Source: an uncultured Gammaproteobacteria bacterium
GTDB lineage: Bacteria > Patescibacteriota > Microgenomatia > UBA10105 > UBA927
Assembly: GCA_964621305.1 (NCBI GenBank)
Contig: CAZUOM010000004.1
Span: 14,209 to 78,208 of the forward strand
Reading direction: 5' to 3'
Length of the DNA stretch: 64,000 nucleotides
The notes beneath the pieces were generated by a model. The model saw nothing but the letters and a program-made list of their open reading frames with translations. It had not been told where the DNA came from and searched no databases. Positions 1 through 8,872 of the stretch are shown here, piece after piece (the first letter of the stretch is position 1; each line of letters opens with the position of its first letter). Position numbers and translations under genes: made by a program.

Positions 1-750
1 AAACTGACGGAAGAAACGACCGCTCACGCTCTGCAAGGGGTGGCCTTGCAGAGGCAAGGCCACCCCTTAAGAAAATTACTGTTCGTAGCTCACGAGTCCT
101 ACAACCAGGGTGTCATCGGTCTGGTAGCAGGAAAGCTCGCTGAAGAATTTTACCGCCCGGCAATCGTCGTCTCCAAAGGCGAAATTTACTCTAAAGCCTC
201 GGCCCGTTCCATCAGCGGCTTCAATATTGTCGAGGCGATCCGGAAAGTGAGCGATATCCTAGTTGACGTCGGCGGCCACCCGATGGCCGCTGGATTTACG
301 GTGGAGACGAGACACCTTGAGATTTTACAAGACAGGCTGGAGAAGCTTGCAGAAGCCGAACTGATTGAGGAGAAACTCACGCGCACACTTAAAATCGACG
401 CCGAAATTCCTCTGGAGCTTGTCACCGATGAACTCTGGAGAAAACTCCAGCATTTTGAACCTTTCGGCATCGGCAACCCCGAACCAGTCTTTGCAACACG
501 CGATGTACGCGTGAAGGAGGCCAGATTGATAGGAGCAGAAAGAAGACATCTCAAGCTACGATTATTTTCTAACAATGTAACAATGAAACAATTTAACAAT
601 TTTTTTGTTGATGCAATTGCCTTCAACTTTGGTTCACTCTACGATAAGCTCCAGACCGGTAAGTCTATAGACATCGCCTACACCATCGACCGCGACACCT
701 GGAATGGGAATTCGAAATTACAGCTGAAAATAAAAGACTTCTCCCTATAA
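1..750 (+). CDS. recJ: single-stranded-DNA-specific exonuclease RecJ, C-terminal part (5' end lies outside the window)
   Basis: Reading frame is open from base 1. DHHA1-type motif VDVGGHPMAAGF is followed by the RecJ C-terminal domain. Stop codon at 748-750. Confidence 0.6.
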   Translation, partial: KLTEETTAHALQGVALQRQGHPLRKLLFVAHESYNQGVIGLVAGKLAEEFYRPAIVVSKGEIYSKASARSISGFNIVEAIRKVSDILVDVGGHPMAAGFTVETRHLEILQDRLEKLAEAELIEEKLTRTLKIDAEIPLELVTDELWRKLQHFEPFGIGNPEPVFATRDVRVKEARLIGAERRHLKLRLFSNNVTMKQFNNFFVDAIAFNFGSLYDKLQTGKSIDIAYTIDRDTWNGNSKLQLKIKDFSL

Positions 751-794
751 ATTTATTGACGGTAGCCTCTTGTTTGTGTTAGGATAAAAATATC

Positions 795-1010
795 ATGAAC
801 ATCCTTAGTATTCCACAAGAACTCATCAAGGAAAAAGAACTCGTTCTCATTTCAAGGCGCACGTTGGAGGATTTATTGCGACGTGTTATCCCGTCGGTGC
901 GATTGACTGTTTTACAAAAGAAGGCCTTAGTGCGAGCCAGAAAGAACCGATCCGCGGGAGCATACCTCTCACTCAATGAAATTAAAGCGAAACTGGGTCT
1001 TACAAGTTGA
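795..1010 (+). CDS. putative antitoxin (small, Phd/YefM-like) of a RelE/ParE module
   Basis: 71-aa ORF immediately upstream of a RelE-like ORF and overlapping it by 35 nt. No other homology recognised. Confidence 0.4.
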   Translation: MNILSIPQELIKEKELVLISRRTLEDLLRRVIPSVRLTVLQKKALVRARKNRSAGAYLSLNEIKAKLGLTS

Positions 1011-1245
1011 TCCTTCAATAGGAAAATCCCTTAAACGCATTCCCCGAAGAGATGCTCAACGGATTATATCTACGATTGAATTGTTGCAAAATGATCCGTA
1101 CGCTGGGGACATTCAGAAGGTCCATGGAGAATCAAACGTCTGGCGGTGACGGGTAGGATCATATCGCATCTTTTTCGAAGTATATCCGACAGAGCATGTC
1201 CTCCACGTTTTTCATGTTGAACGAAGAACCACAACAACCTATTAA
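976..1245 (+). pseudogene. relE: RelE/ParE-family toxin interrupted by an in-frame TGA at 1147-1149
   Basis: Translation from ATG 976 gives MKLKRNWVLQVDPSIGKSLKRIPRRDAQRIISTIELLQNDPYAGDIQKVHGESNVWR*RVGSYRIFFEVYPTEHVLHVFHVERRTTTTY. The RelE core motif ..RLRVGDYRI.. is split by the stop. Neither half appears in the ORF track. Confidence 0.55.
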
Positions 1246-2564
1246 ATACAACAAAACCCCCGCATTGTTTACCCCGCAAGCGTTCGCTTGTGGGGATTGC
1301 GGCGCAAATTGCCGGTCAATACAGGGGTTTATGTGTTAACCCTGAGCTTGTCGAATGGGTCATATTCCACCTGCCTTTGTGCTCAATGGGCAAAAGTTTT
1401 TTGTCCACTGAGAAAGGGGCAGGTGGAACGAGGAGGTGATTGGGGGATTGATTTTCTCGAAGATCGAGAATGAAACCCCAAAGGGTGAGCCCAGCGCCAC
1501 GTGCTGATGACAAGCGCCGGGCTCAGTCCTTACGTGCAATGTTTTGTGCAATCCGCGCATAATGGTCCTGATCCGGATGGGACGCCACACGGAATTTGGT
1601 GGCGAGAACCATTCCGGCATGGACACGGCGCGTCCATTGCGCGGACCGCACGGGGCTGTGCGCGCACGATGCTGAAGCAGCAGAACAGCAGAACGAGAAA
1701 CAATGGATTGCTATCCTGTTTTTGGCAGTGTTTTCGACACCAACCGCATCTTGTATGCGGGAAGTGTGTCGTTTGACTGCATGCTGCATTTGCGTGTTTC
1801 CCCTTGTTGCACTTGCAAGGTATTGGCATTTGTCTTCTCCCAGAAATTTTTGGACTCCGGAAAAAAGAAAAAAAGTTAACCCCTTATGGGTCACCTCCTT
1901 GTGATGAATTTAGAAAATGCCATTCGGATTGGATAAAAAGATATGGAAATTCCATAGCTCATCATCCAATCCAAATCTGTTTGTTAAAGAGCGATCGACT
2001 TACCTACGTTCCCACCACGACACTACCCGACTGATGTGATCCTGGACCGTAAATGCGGGTAGGTATGTGATCATTCACTACATGATCGGGATGGACATTT
2101 AGATCCTTATCAGTGATTGGTCGGTACGGACCAAATAAACCTTCGTGTTCTTCGTATTCACTTCTTTCTGGATCCATAGTTTCGAATGACTCCCAGTACT
2201 ACGTTTACTTGCTCGCATCTCCACTAATCCTCCCCGTCTTAGCATTCGGCTTTGGGTACTATTCGTACACGCCTCATGCTGCGACGTTGGGAGGATTGAT
2301 CGGTTCGTAAATTCGTGAATGCGAATTCACTCATTAACGAACCATCAAAAAACCTCCCGATTGTGGGAGGTTCGTTTGGGACTATTTTAAAAAAATTATG
2401 TCATCGTCGCCAAACGAACTCCCCTCCAGACGTGGAGGTTAATAAGGTTGATAAAGAGATATCGTTTAGCGCTTTGCATAGCCAAAATTGGCAGGAATAA
2501 GTCATTTATAGCACCCAGCAGAGCCGCTTGTCAATGGGGCAAAATAAAACTACAATTGTTCCAT

Positions 2565-3953
2565 ATGGTGAGAACTCTTGCTGCAGAAACGGTAACGAAA
2601 ATAGGACAGGAAGTGGTTCTTAAAGGCTGGGTCAACAGCCGCCGGGATCATGGGAAAATCATGTTTCTCGATCTAAGGGATATAAGTGGGATAGTGCAGA
2701 TGGTGGGGCAGGGAGTAGATGCTCGACCGGAAGATGTGGTTGAGGTTGTGGGACTCGTCAAGGAGCGGCCCAAGGAAATGGTAAACCCTAAATTAGAAAC
2801 GGGAACGATTGAAGTAGAAGTGAGAAGCTTGAAAATACTAAGTAAGGCAAAAGAACTACCATTCCCCATAGAGACTGATGGCTACGACATAGATGAGGAA
2901 ATTCGTAACAAGTACCGTTATCTGGATTTGCGTCGGCCAAGAATGGCTCGTAACATTCGCCTACGGTCGAAGGTAGTTAACTTCATTCGGCAATTTTTAA
3001 TCGGTCGGGATTTTGTCGAGATAGAAACACCGATCTTGACCAAAACCACACCTGAAGGCGCGCGAGATTTCCTCGTGCCATCTCGGCTCCAGAAGGGCAA
3101 ATTTTACGCACTTCCCCAAAGCCCACAACAATACAAGCAACTTCTTATGGTTTCCGGCATGGAGCGGTACTTTCAGATTGCGCGCTGTTTTCGTGATGAG
3201 GATCCGCGTAAGGATCGGGCGTATGGAGAATTTACTCAACTTGACTTAGAAATGTCGTTTATTACGCAAGAAGATATTTTGCAGCTTACAGAAGAGCTCT
3301 TTACAAACTTAGTTAAGGAGTTGTTACCCAAAAAAAGAATAAGCCAATCGCCCTGGCCTAGGCTTACCCATAAAGAAGCAAAAGAAAAATACGGAACTGA
3401 TAAGCCGGATTTACGAAAAGACAAGAGCAACCGTGATGAACTGGCGTTTTCCTGGACAGTCGATTTTCCGCTCTTTGTCGAGCAAACCAAAGAGGATTTT
3501 TACTATGGCTCCGGGTCGGCCAAATTTGCTCCCTCACATCACATGTTTACCGCTCCTCACCTGGACGACATTTCGCTTTTAGACAGTGATCCCCTCAAAG
3601 TTCGTGGCCAGCAGCATGATTTGGTGCTCAATGGCTATGAAGTAGGCGGTGGCAGCGTGCGGATCCATGACTCAAAAATTCAAGAAAAAGTATTTGAACT
3701 GATTGGATTTACTGCCGAGCAAAAAAAGCAGTTTGAACACGTGCTCGCCGCATTTGGCTACGGCGTGCCGCCGCACGGAGGGATTGCGCCGGGTATTGAC
3801 CGGTTTCTGATGGCCGTCCTCGGCGAGCCGAGTGTCCGCGAGGTCATGGCATTTCCAGCTTCTGCCTCCGGCCAAATTAGCGTGATGGAAGCCCCAAGTG
3901 AGGTAGTAGAGGAGCAATTAAAAGAGTTAGGTATAAAAGTCGTTTCCCGCTGA
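2565..3953 (+). CDS. aspS: aspartyl-tRNA synthetase (class II, compact form)
   Basis: N-terminus MVRTLAAETVTKIGQEVVLKGWV..RDHGKIMFLDLRD matches the anticodon-binding domain. LPQSPQQYKQLLM and FRDEDPRKDR class II motifs. Start chosen by N-terminal homology, not the upstream TTG. Confidence 0.85.
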   Translation: MVRTLAAETVTKIGQEVVLKGWVNSRRDHGKIMFLDLRDISGIVQMVGQGVDARPEDVVEVVGLVKERPKEMVNPKLETGTIEVEVRSLKILSKAKELPFPIETDGYDIDEEIRNKYRYLDLRRPRMARNIRLRSKVVNFIRQFLIGRDFVEIETPILTKTTPEGARDFLVPSRLQKGKFYALPQSPQQYKQLLMVSGMERYFQIARCFRDEDPRKDRAYGEFTQLDLEMSFITQEDILQLTEELFTNLVKELLPKKRISQSPWPRLTHKEAKEKYGTDKPDLRKDKSNRDELAFSWTVDFPLFVEQTKEDFYYGSGSAKFAPSHHMFTAPHLDDISLLDSDPLKVRGQQHDLVLNGYEVGGGSVRIHDSKIQEKVFELIGFTAEQKKQFEHVLAAFGYGVPPHGGIAPGIDRFLMAVLGEPSVREVMAFPASASGQISVMEAPSEVVEEQLKELGIKVVSR

Positions 3954-3958
3954 TTTAA

Positions 3959-4927
3959 ATGGCAAAGAAGAAGGTTTTTTACCGGTATAATTGGTGGCGA
4001 AAATCCCTTGATAAAATACTTTTTTTGGTGGCGATAGGGTTTTTTCTACTACTGAGTCCCGGGCAAAATAAATATTTTGCCATTACAGAGAAGCCATCAA
4101 GTCTATTGCGATCACTTCCATTTCTCGTTCCGACACCGGCGCCATATCCGACCAATATCACAGGTCTTTATCCAGGCACTGAAATTACAGGGCAGGGGAT
4201 TGTGATTGTGGATGTAGATAGCGGAGTTTATCTTTATAAACGCAATGAGGAAGAACAACTGGCGCCGGCCTCCACGACCAAAATCATGACTGCCTTGGTG
4301 GCTCTGGACAAGTATAAACTAGACGACGTATTGACGGTGCGCGCCACTGTCAATAGCGGGCAAACCATGAAGCTAGTCTTCGGCGAGCGGCTTACGGTTG
4401 AAAATCTTTTGTACGGGACGCTCATCCAGTCTGCCAACGACGCAGCTTTTGTTATAGCTGACAACTTCTCTGCAGGCATCTCGGCATTTGTGGAAGCGAT
4501 GAATAAGAAAGCAGCAGATCTACATTTAACAAAAACTCACTTTACTAATCCCGTGGGCTACGATGATCCGAATCACAAGATGACGCCGATGGATCTGGCG
4601 CGCCTGTCATCGATTGCTCTAACTAACCCAACGATTGCCAAAATGGTAGCCATCCCGCAGATTACTGTTTCTGACGTGACTCACACCTATTTCCATCCGC
4701 TTGCCAACGTCAATCAGCTTCTTGGGAAAATTCCCGGTGTTGGGGGGATAAAAACCGGATGGACGGAGGCTGCAGGGGAAAACCTCGTAACGCTTGTTGA
4801 GCGCAATGGACATATGGTGATCATCGTTCTTTTAAAAAGCAGCGACCGTTTTGGAGAAACAGCAAAGCTCATCGACTGGGTATTTGGCAATTACCAGTGG
4901 AAAGAATTTACTCGGTCCATTCTCTGA
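3959..4927 (+). CDS. D-alanyl-D-alanine carboxypeptidase (peptidase S11, PBP5/6-like)
   Basis: SxxK (ASTTK), SxN (SAND) and KTG (KTGWT) motifs. N-terminal transmembrane anchor. Confidence 0.8.
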   Translation: MAKKKVFYRYNWWRKSLDKILFLVAIGFFLLLSPGQNKYFAITEKPSSLLRSLPFLVPTPAPYPTNITGLYPGTEITGQGIVIVDVDSGVYLYKRNEEEQLAPASTTKIMTALVALDKYKLDDVLTVRATVNSGQTMKLVFGERLTVENLLYGTLIQSANDAAFVIADNFSAGISAFVEAMNKKAADLHLTKTHFTNPVGYDDPNHKMTPMDLARLSSIALTNPTIAKMVAIPQITVSDVTHTYFHPLANVNQLLGKIPGVGGIKTGWTEAAGENLVTLVERNGHMVIIVLLKSSDRFGETAKLIDWVFGNYQWKEFTRSIL

Positions 4928-5960
4928 CGACCGCCGGTACGTACGCCAGAAAACCATTGTCCCCTTCAAAAACAAAAATCGGCTGGAGATACGTTTGGGG
5001 ATCATAAGAGTCGTAGTAACCTAGGTATACATTGCGTATAACTACCGTTGTGCCGGTACGCGGAGAGCGTGCTATATAGCCCTCTCCAGATTGCAATTCC
5101 TGCCATGCTTGACTCGTTGGTTTGATCGCATAGGTTGCTGCGGCTTCAAAATCAATAGGCCAAAGATTGTAGGCAAATTGAATCAGTTGTTTTTTCCGAT
5201 GCGTTGACCCGGAATATATAAAGGCAACCGGTGCTTCATCTGGATTTGGTTGAAATATACGATTACCAAAAATATCTTTTCTAAAAAAATCAATTCTTAA
5301 CGCATCAGCGGCTGATAGGCTAGTCGTAGTTACCAATTTGTCACCCACAAGTTTTAGGTATGTAACTTTTTGCGTACCTACTTTCAGGTCTTCATCCAAT
5401 AGATTGAATCCTCGTAGGAGTCCTATGGATTCGGTGACAAGCGCATCAGCGCTAGAAAATGCATGATCGGAAAATAGACCAATATCCTGTTCAAATGCGT
5501 AGCGGAGGATAAAGTGCCCGGAGACAATGTCGTATCTGAGTTTGCGCAGGGTAAGTTCTTGATCGTCAAAGCGGTAAATATTTTTGCTTTCTTGTATCGG
5601 GGTCGGATCTAGATCGAGCCGATGGGCAAAATCTTGTGTTTTTGGCAAAGCAAGTAAATTTGCAGGCTGTTTTGGCATGAAATAAACGGTTGCAGATTCG
5701 GAGGCTTTCGGGACAATACCCTCTATGGTTTCAAGCTGAAAGGCAAGGGCGGCGGAAGAGGAAGCTTGCGGAGGAAAGACGATAGCTGGAAGCTTGCCAA
5801 ACCGATGATTGGGAGGCGGTGGTTTGGGTGGAAAGAAGGAGAGCCAGATAGCAACAAACATGCTCCCAAAAATCCGTAATAAAAAATACAAAATGACTGC
5901 AAGTATCAGCCAATTGACGGTTCTTCGTGTATAATAGGCGGTCTCAGTTAGGGTAGCCAT
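4908..5960 (-). CDS. hypothetical membrane-anchored protein with a proline-rich segment
   Basis: Start set at MATLTETAYY.. (ATG at 5960), which gives a transmembrane helix at the N-terminus. The longer ORF would overlap divergent gltX by 140 nt. Contains FPPKPPPPNH. No homology recognised. Confidence 0.45.
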   Translation of the reverse strand: MATLTETAYYTRRTVNWLILAVILYFLLRIFGSMFVAIWLSFFPPKPPPPNHRFGKLPAIVFPPQASSSAALAFQLETIEGIVPKASESATVYFMPKQPANLLALPKTQDFAHRLDLDPTPIQESKNIYRFDDQELTLRKLRYDIVSGHFILRYAFEQDIGLFSDHAFSSADALVTESIGLLRGFNLLDEDLKVGTQKVTYLKLVGDKLVTTTSLSAADALRIDFFRKDIFGNRIFQPNPDEAPVAFIYSGSTHRKKQLIQFAYNLWPIDFEAAATYAIKPTSQAWQELQSGEGYIARSPRTGTTVVIRNVYLGYYDSYDPQTYLQPIFVFEGDNGFLAYVPAVVREWTE

Positions 5961-6005
5961 TCTTCTTTGAGTATACGGTTGGCGGGTGATAGAATCAATT
6001 ACATC

Positions 6006-7361
6006 ATGACCGTTCGCACCCGCATCGCTCCATCTCCAACCGGGGAAGATCTCCACATCGGCAATGCCTATACCGCTCTCATCAATTACGTATTTGCCAA
6101 AAAACATGGAGGTAAGTTTATTATTCGCATAGAAGATACTGACAGGACGCGTTCTGTCGAGGGATCAGAGGAGCGCATTTTAGACTCTTTGAAATGGCTT
6201 GGCATTGGCTACGACGAAGGGCCATATAGACAGTCTGAGCGATTGGCTGAATACAAGCGCATCGCCGAAGAACTGGTTGAAAAAGGACATGCATTTTACT
6301 GTTTCTGTACTCCCGAACGGCTGGAATTGATGCGCAAGGAGCAAGAATCCCGACACGAGCCGCCAATGTATGACGGAAAGTGCAAAGCACTTTCAATTCA
6401 AAATTCAAAATTAAAAATTCAAAATGGAGAGCAACACGTCGTTCGATTAAATGTTCCCGATGAGGGGACGACTTCGTTTACAGATATTATTCGGGGCGAA
6501 ATTTCATTTGAAAATAAACTTATTGACGATCAGGTGATCCTCAAGTCTGACGGATTTCCGACGTATCACCTGGGAGTGGTCGTTGATGATCATCTTATGG
6601 AAATATCTCATGTGGTTCGCGGTGAAGAGTGGATTTCTTCAACGCCGAAACATGTTTTGCTTTACCAATTTCTCGGTTGGGAGCTGCCGAAATATGCCCA
6701 CTTGCCGCTCCTTCGCAACCCGGACAAAAGCAAATTGTCCAAGCGAAAAAATCCTGTGTGGTTGAGTTGGTATAAGGAGCAGGGATTTTTGCCAGAGGCA
6801 ATCCTTAATTATCTAGCCACATTGGCGTGGGCTCACCCAGAGGGAAAAGACATTTTTTCTTTAGATGATATGATAAAACTTTTTGATCTAAAGAACATTC
6901 AAACCACTGCGCCGGTATTTGATGTCGAAAAACTCCGTTGGGTTAATGGGCAGTACTTGAGGAAATATCAAATATCAAATATCAAATATCAAATATTCAA
7001 TTTTTATAAGCAGAAATATCCGATGGGCGGAATCGAAAAAATTTTACCGCTTGTTATTGAACGGATGAAGACGCTCAAAGAATTTGACTCCCTTGCAGGA
7101 TTTTTCTTTAAGAGACCAACGGAATACGAACACCCGCTTAATCAAAAACTTATTAGTCTTGTAAAAACTACACTTGAAACTTCAGATTGGTCCCATGAGG
7201 CGATGGAAAAATCTATCCGTGCTTCTGCGGAGAAGGAAGGAATTTCTGCAAAAGATCTTTTTATGGAGCTTCGTGTCGCCACTACAGGCAAAACCGTCGG
7301 CCCACCCCTGCTTGAATCGCTTGAAATACTCGGCAAAGAAGAAACGCTTTTGCGTTTATAA
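6006..7361 (+). CDS. gltX: glutamyl-tRNA synthetase
   Basis: MTVRTRIAPSPTGEDLHIGN (HIGH-type motif), KLSKR (KMSKS-type motif). Contains two in-frame heptamer repeat tracts. Confidence 0.9.
   Translation: MTVRTRIAPSPTGEDLHIGNAYTALINYVFAKKHGGKFIIRIEDTDRTRSVEGSEERILDSLKWLGIGYDEGPYRQSERLAEYKRIAEELVEKGHAFYCFCTPERLELMRKEQESRHEPPMYDGKCKALSIQNSKLKIQNGEQHVVRLNVPDEGTTSFTDIIRGEISFENKLIDDQVILKSDGFPTYHLGVVVDDHLMEISHVVRGEEWISSTPKHVLLYQFLGWELPKYAHLPLLRNPDKSKLSKRKNPVWLSWYKEQGFLPEAILNYLATLAWAHPEGKDIFSLDDMIKLFDLKNIQTTAPVFDVEKLRWVNGQYLRKYQISNIKYQIFNFYKQKYPMGGIEKILPLVIERMKTLKEFDSLAGFFFKRPTEYEHPLNQKLISLVKTTLETSDWSHEAMEKSIRASAEKEGISAKDLFMELRVATTGKTVGPPLLESLEILGKEETLLRL
6394..6426 (+). repeat. tandem heptanucleotide repeat (AAATTCA)x4.5 in frame inside gltX
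   Basis: caattca aaattca aaattaa aaattca aaatg, encoding SIQNSKLKIQN. Seen directly in the sequence. Confidence 0.85.
6963..6997 (+). repeat. tandem heptanucleotide repeat (AAATATC)x5 in frame inside gltX
   Basis: aaatatc x4 plus aaatatt, encoding KYQISNIKYQIF. Confidence 0.85.
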
Positions 7362-8180
7362 ATAGTCTATCCAGTGCGGGTCGGTTTCGACGGTTAAGTC
7401 GAGGAATACTTTTTTATTGGTTGCGGCCTCGAGTTCTTTTCTTGCGGCCATGCCGATTTCTTTGATCATTGATCCTTTTTTGCCGATGATGATGCCTTTG
7501 TAACGTTCTTCAGAAGTTAGAATGCGAGCTTTTATATAGAGCGCCCCATTATCTCTTTCTGCAACATCATCAACAATTGCGGTGAGCTTATAGGGTACTT
7601 CGCGGCGCAAAAAGAGAAATGCTTTTTCGCGGATAAGCTCGGCCAAGTAGGTTTTACTGTCAAGGTTAAGTGTGGGGTGAGGCAGTTCTCCTGCAGCAGC
7701 CAAAGCCTTACCTTCAGGAAGATAGGAAAAGATCTTTTCTATCAGTGTCGAAACGTGCGTGCCAACAAGAGCTGACACTTCGACAACTTCATCAAGTTCG
7801 TCTTCCAGAAATTTATACTGCACACGATAATCTGGTTCCTGGATGTCTGTTTTATTGATGACGAGAATTTTCGGACAGGAAAATTGGCGGACCAAGCCGA
7901 TTGCTGAGTTCTCCTCGGACCCCTTTTTTCTGGAATGGTCGATGATGTAAAGGACGAGATTTAACTGTTTTCCCAGAAAATTTTGTCTGCTGCTAGCCAC
8001 ACCGGGGGTATCGACAAAAACGATCTGGCCGCGGTCATCCTCATAGACTGCATTAATGATCATGCGGGTAGTTTGGGGCTTGGGAGAAGTAATAGACACT
8101 TTTCGGCCCACGAGCGTATTGAGCAGGGTCGATTTGCCGCTATTAGGTCTGCCAATAAGCACAACGTAGCCGGATTTCAT
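7356..8180 (-). CDS. era: GTPase Era
   Basis: GRPNSGKSTL G1 motif, DTPG motif, C-terminal KH domain. Confidence 0.9.
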   Translation of the reverse strand: MKSGYVVLIGRPNSGKSTLLNTLVGRKVSITSPKPQTTRMIINAVYEDDRGQIVFVDTPGVASSRQNFLGKQLNLVLYIIDHSRKKGSEENSAIGLVRQFSCPKILVINKTDIQEPDYRVQYKFLEDELDEVVEVSALVGTHVSTLIEKIFSYLPEGKALAAAGELPHPTLNLDSKTYLAELIREKAFLFLRREVPYKLTAIVDDVAERDNGALYIKARILTSEERYKGIIIGKKGSMIKEIGMAARKELEAATNKKVFLDLTVETDPHWIDYL

Positions 8181-8314
8181 TTCAGATTTTGAGCACAGTA
8201 TACAATTACTCCGGAAATTCAGCGGCGTATTGCTCTGGCTTGAAAACTTTGGGTCATAATACTATTTTTTTGATTGAGCATCATAAAGAATGATTGCGTT
8301 TTTCATGGCTGCGG

Positions 8315-8348
8315 GGCTTGGATTCTCCGAATAAATTTACGCGGTAAA
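8315..8348. repeat. near-perfect 15-bp hairpin (CTCCGAATAAATTTAC-GCG-GTAAATTTTTCGGAG)
   Basis: Inverted repeat seen directly. Lies between the era start and the tRNA-Gln 3' side. Possible processing or terminator element; no T-run. Confidence 0.4.
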
Positions 8349-8402
8349 TTTTTCGGAGTGAACGGACCAAGATAAACTGATTCCCATCCTCTAGGGCCTG
8401 GG

Positions 8403-8473
8403 CTGGGAGACTTGGATTCGGACCAAGATAAACGGATTCAGAGTCCGTTGTCCTACCGTTAGACGATCTCCCA
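8403..8473 (-). tRNA. tRNA-Gln (anticodon CUG)
   Basis: Manual cloverleaf on the minus strand: acceptor UGGGAGA/UCUCCCA with U1-A72 and G73 (Gln identity elements). D-stem GUCU/GGAC. Anticodon stem ACGGA/UCCGU with loop CUCUGAA. T-arm CUUGG-UCCGAAU-CCAAG. CCA is not encoded. Confidence 0.8.
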
Positions 8474-8699
8474 GCTCAAGTCACAGCGATGGCGGGCAGG
8501 CAGAGTCCGCTGTACACGCCTCATCGGCGGGTCGCCGGAGAGGCGACTACCGTTATACGACCCCGCAAGTAGCCATATTATAGCGGAAAACGCCTCTGGA
8601 GAGAATTCGATAATGCCTTTGATATAATCAGCTTATGAAGCTCTATCTTTTCGGAGGCGCAGAAGTTCAGTTGGGGCAGGTTGATGCTCTTACGGAGTT

Positions 8700-8728
8700 C
8701 TTGACAAGAAATAATTATTTTGATAGAA
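8700..8728 (+). promoter_or_regulatory. candidate sigma70-type promoter (TTGACA, 17-nt spacer, TAGAAA) upstream of the ABC transporter
   Basis: Sequence motif only. Confidence 0.3.
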
Positions 8729-8819
8729 AATATTTCAGGTAGATAGTGGTTATTGAATACGTGAAGTGCACGATAGTGGCTCTAAAACTACCAACGCTAA
8801 AGAAAGTAAAAATCAAAGG

Positions 8820-8858
8820 ATGAAAAAAATGGTAACAAAAAAACGTCTTCACGCATAA
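8820..8858 (+). CDS. candidate 12-codon leader ORF (MKKMVTKKRLHA)
   Basis: AAAGGA 3 nt upstream of the ATG. An intrinsic-terminator-like hairpin follows. Speculative. Confidence 0.2.
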   Translation: MKKMVTKKRLHA

Positions 8859-8872
8859 CTTTTTCCAATAAC

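Noticed and set aside
186-626. Minus-strand 146-aa ORF (and the 325-549 ORF) inside recJ
   Set aside because: Entirely antisense to the well-supported RecJ C-terminus; Ser-rich low-complexity shadow ORF.
976-1245. Possibility that the in-frame TGA indicates TGA=Gly/Trp recoding (genetic code 25/4)
   Set aside because: Many well-conserved genes in the window terminate cleanly at TGA (aspS at 3951-3953, for example), with protein lengths matching expectations. The single TGA is a local event.
1523-1894. 123-aa minus ORF and the overlapping 91-102-aa ORFs in the 1.3 kb gap
   Set aside because: Mutually overlapping in several frames, Cys/Arg-rich with no coding periodicity or motifs and no ribosome-binding sites. 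The region is treated as non-coding or degenerate instead.
2448-2564. Upstream TTG start of the long aspS ORF with GGAGG 9 nt before it
   Set aside because: The encoded 39-aa extension has no counterpart in AspRS. The conserved N-terminus begins at ATG 2565 (MVRT...GQEVVLKGWV), and the GGAGG is part of a CCTCCA/TGGAGG hairpin.
5961-6107. Longer N-terminal extensions of the divergent pair 4908-6107(-) and 5967-7361(+)
   Set aside because: They would overlap each other by about 140 nt. Conserved N-termini (transmembrane start MATLTETAYY and gltX MTVRTRIAPSPTG) define shorter genes with a 45-bp divergent promoter gap.
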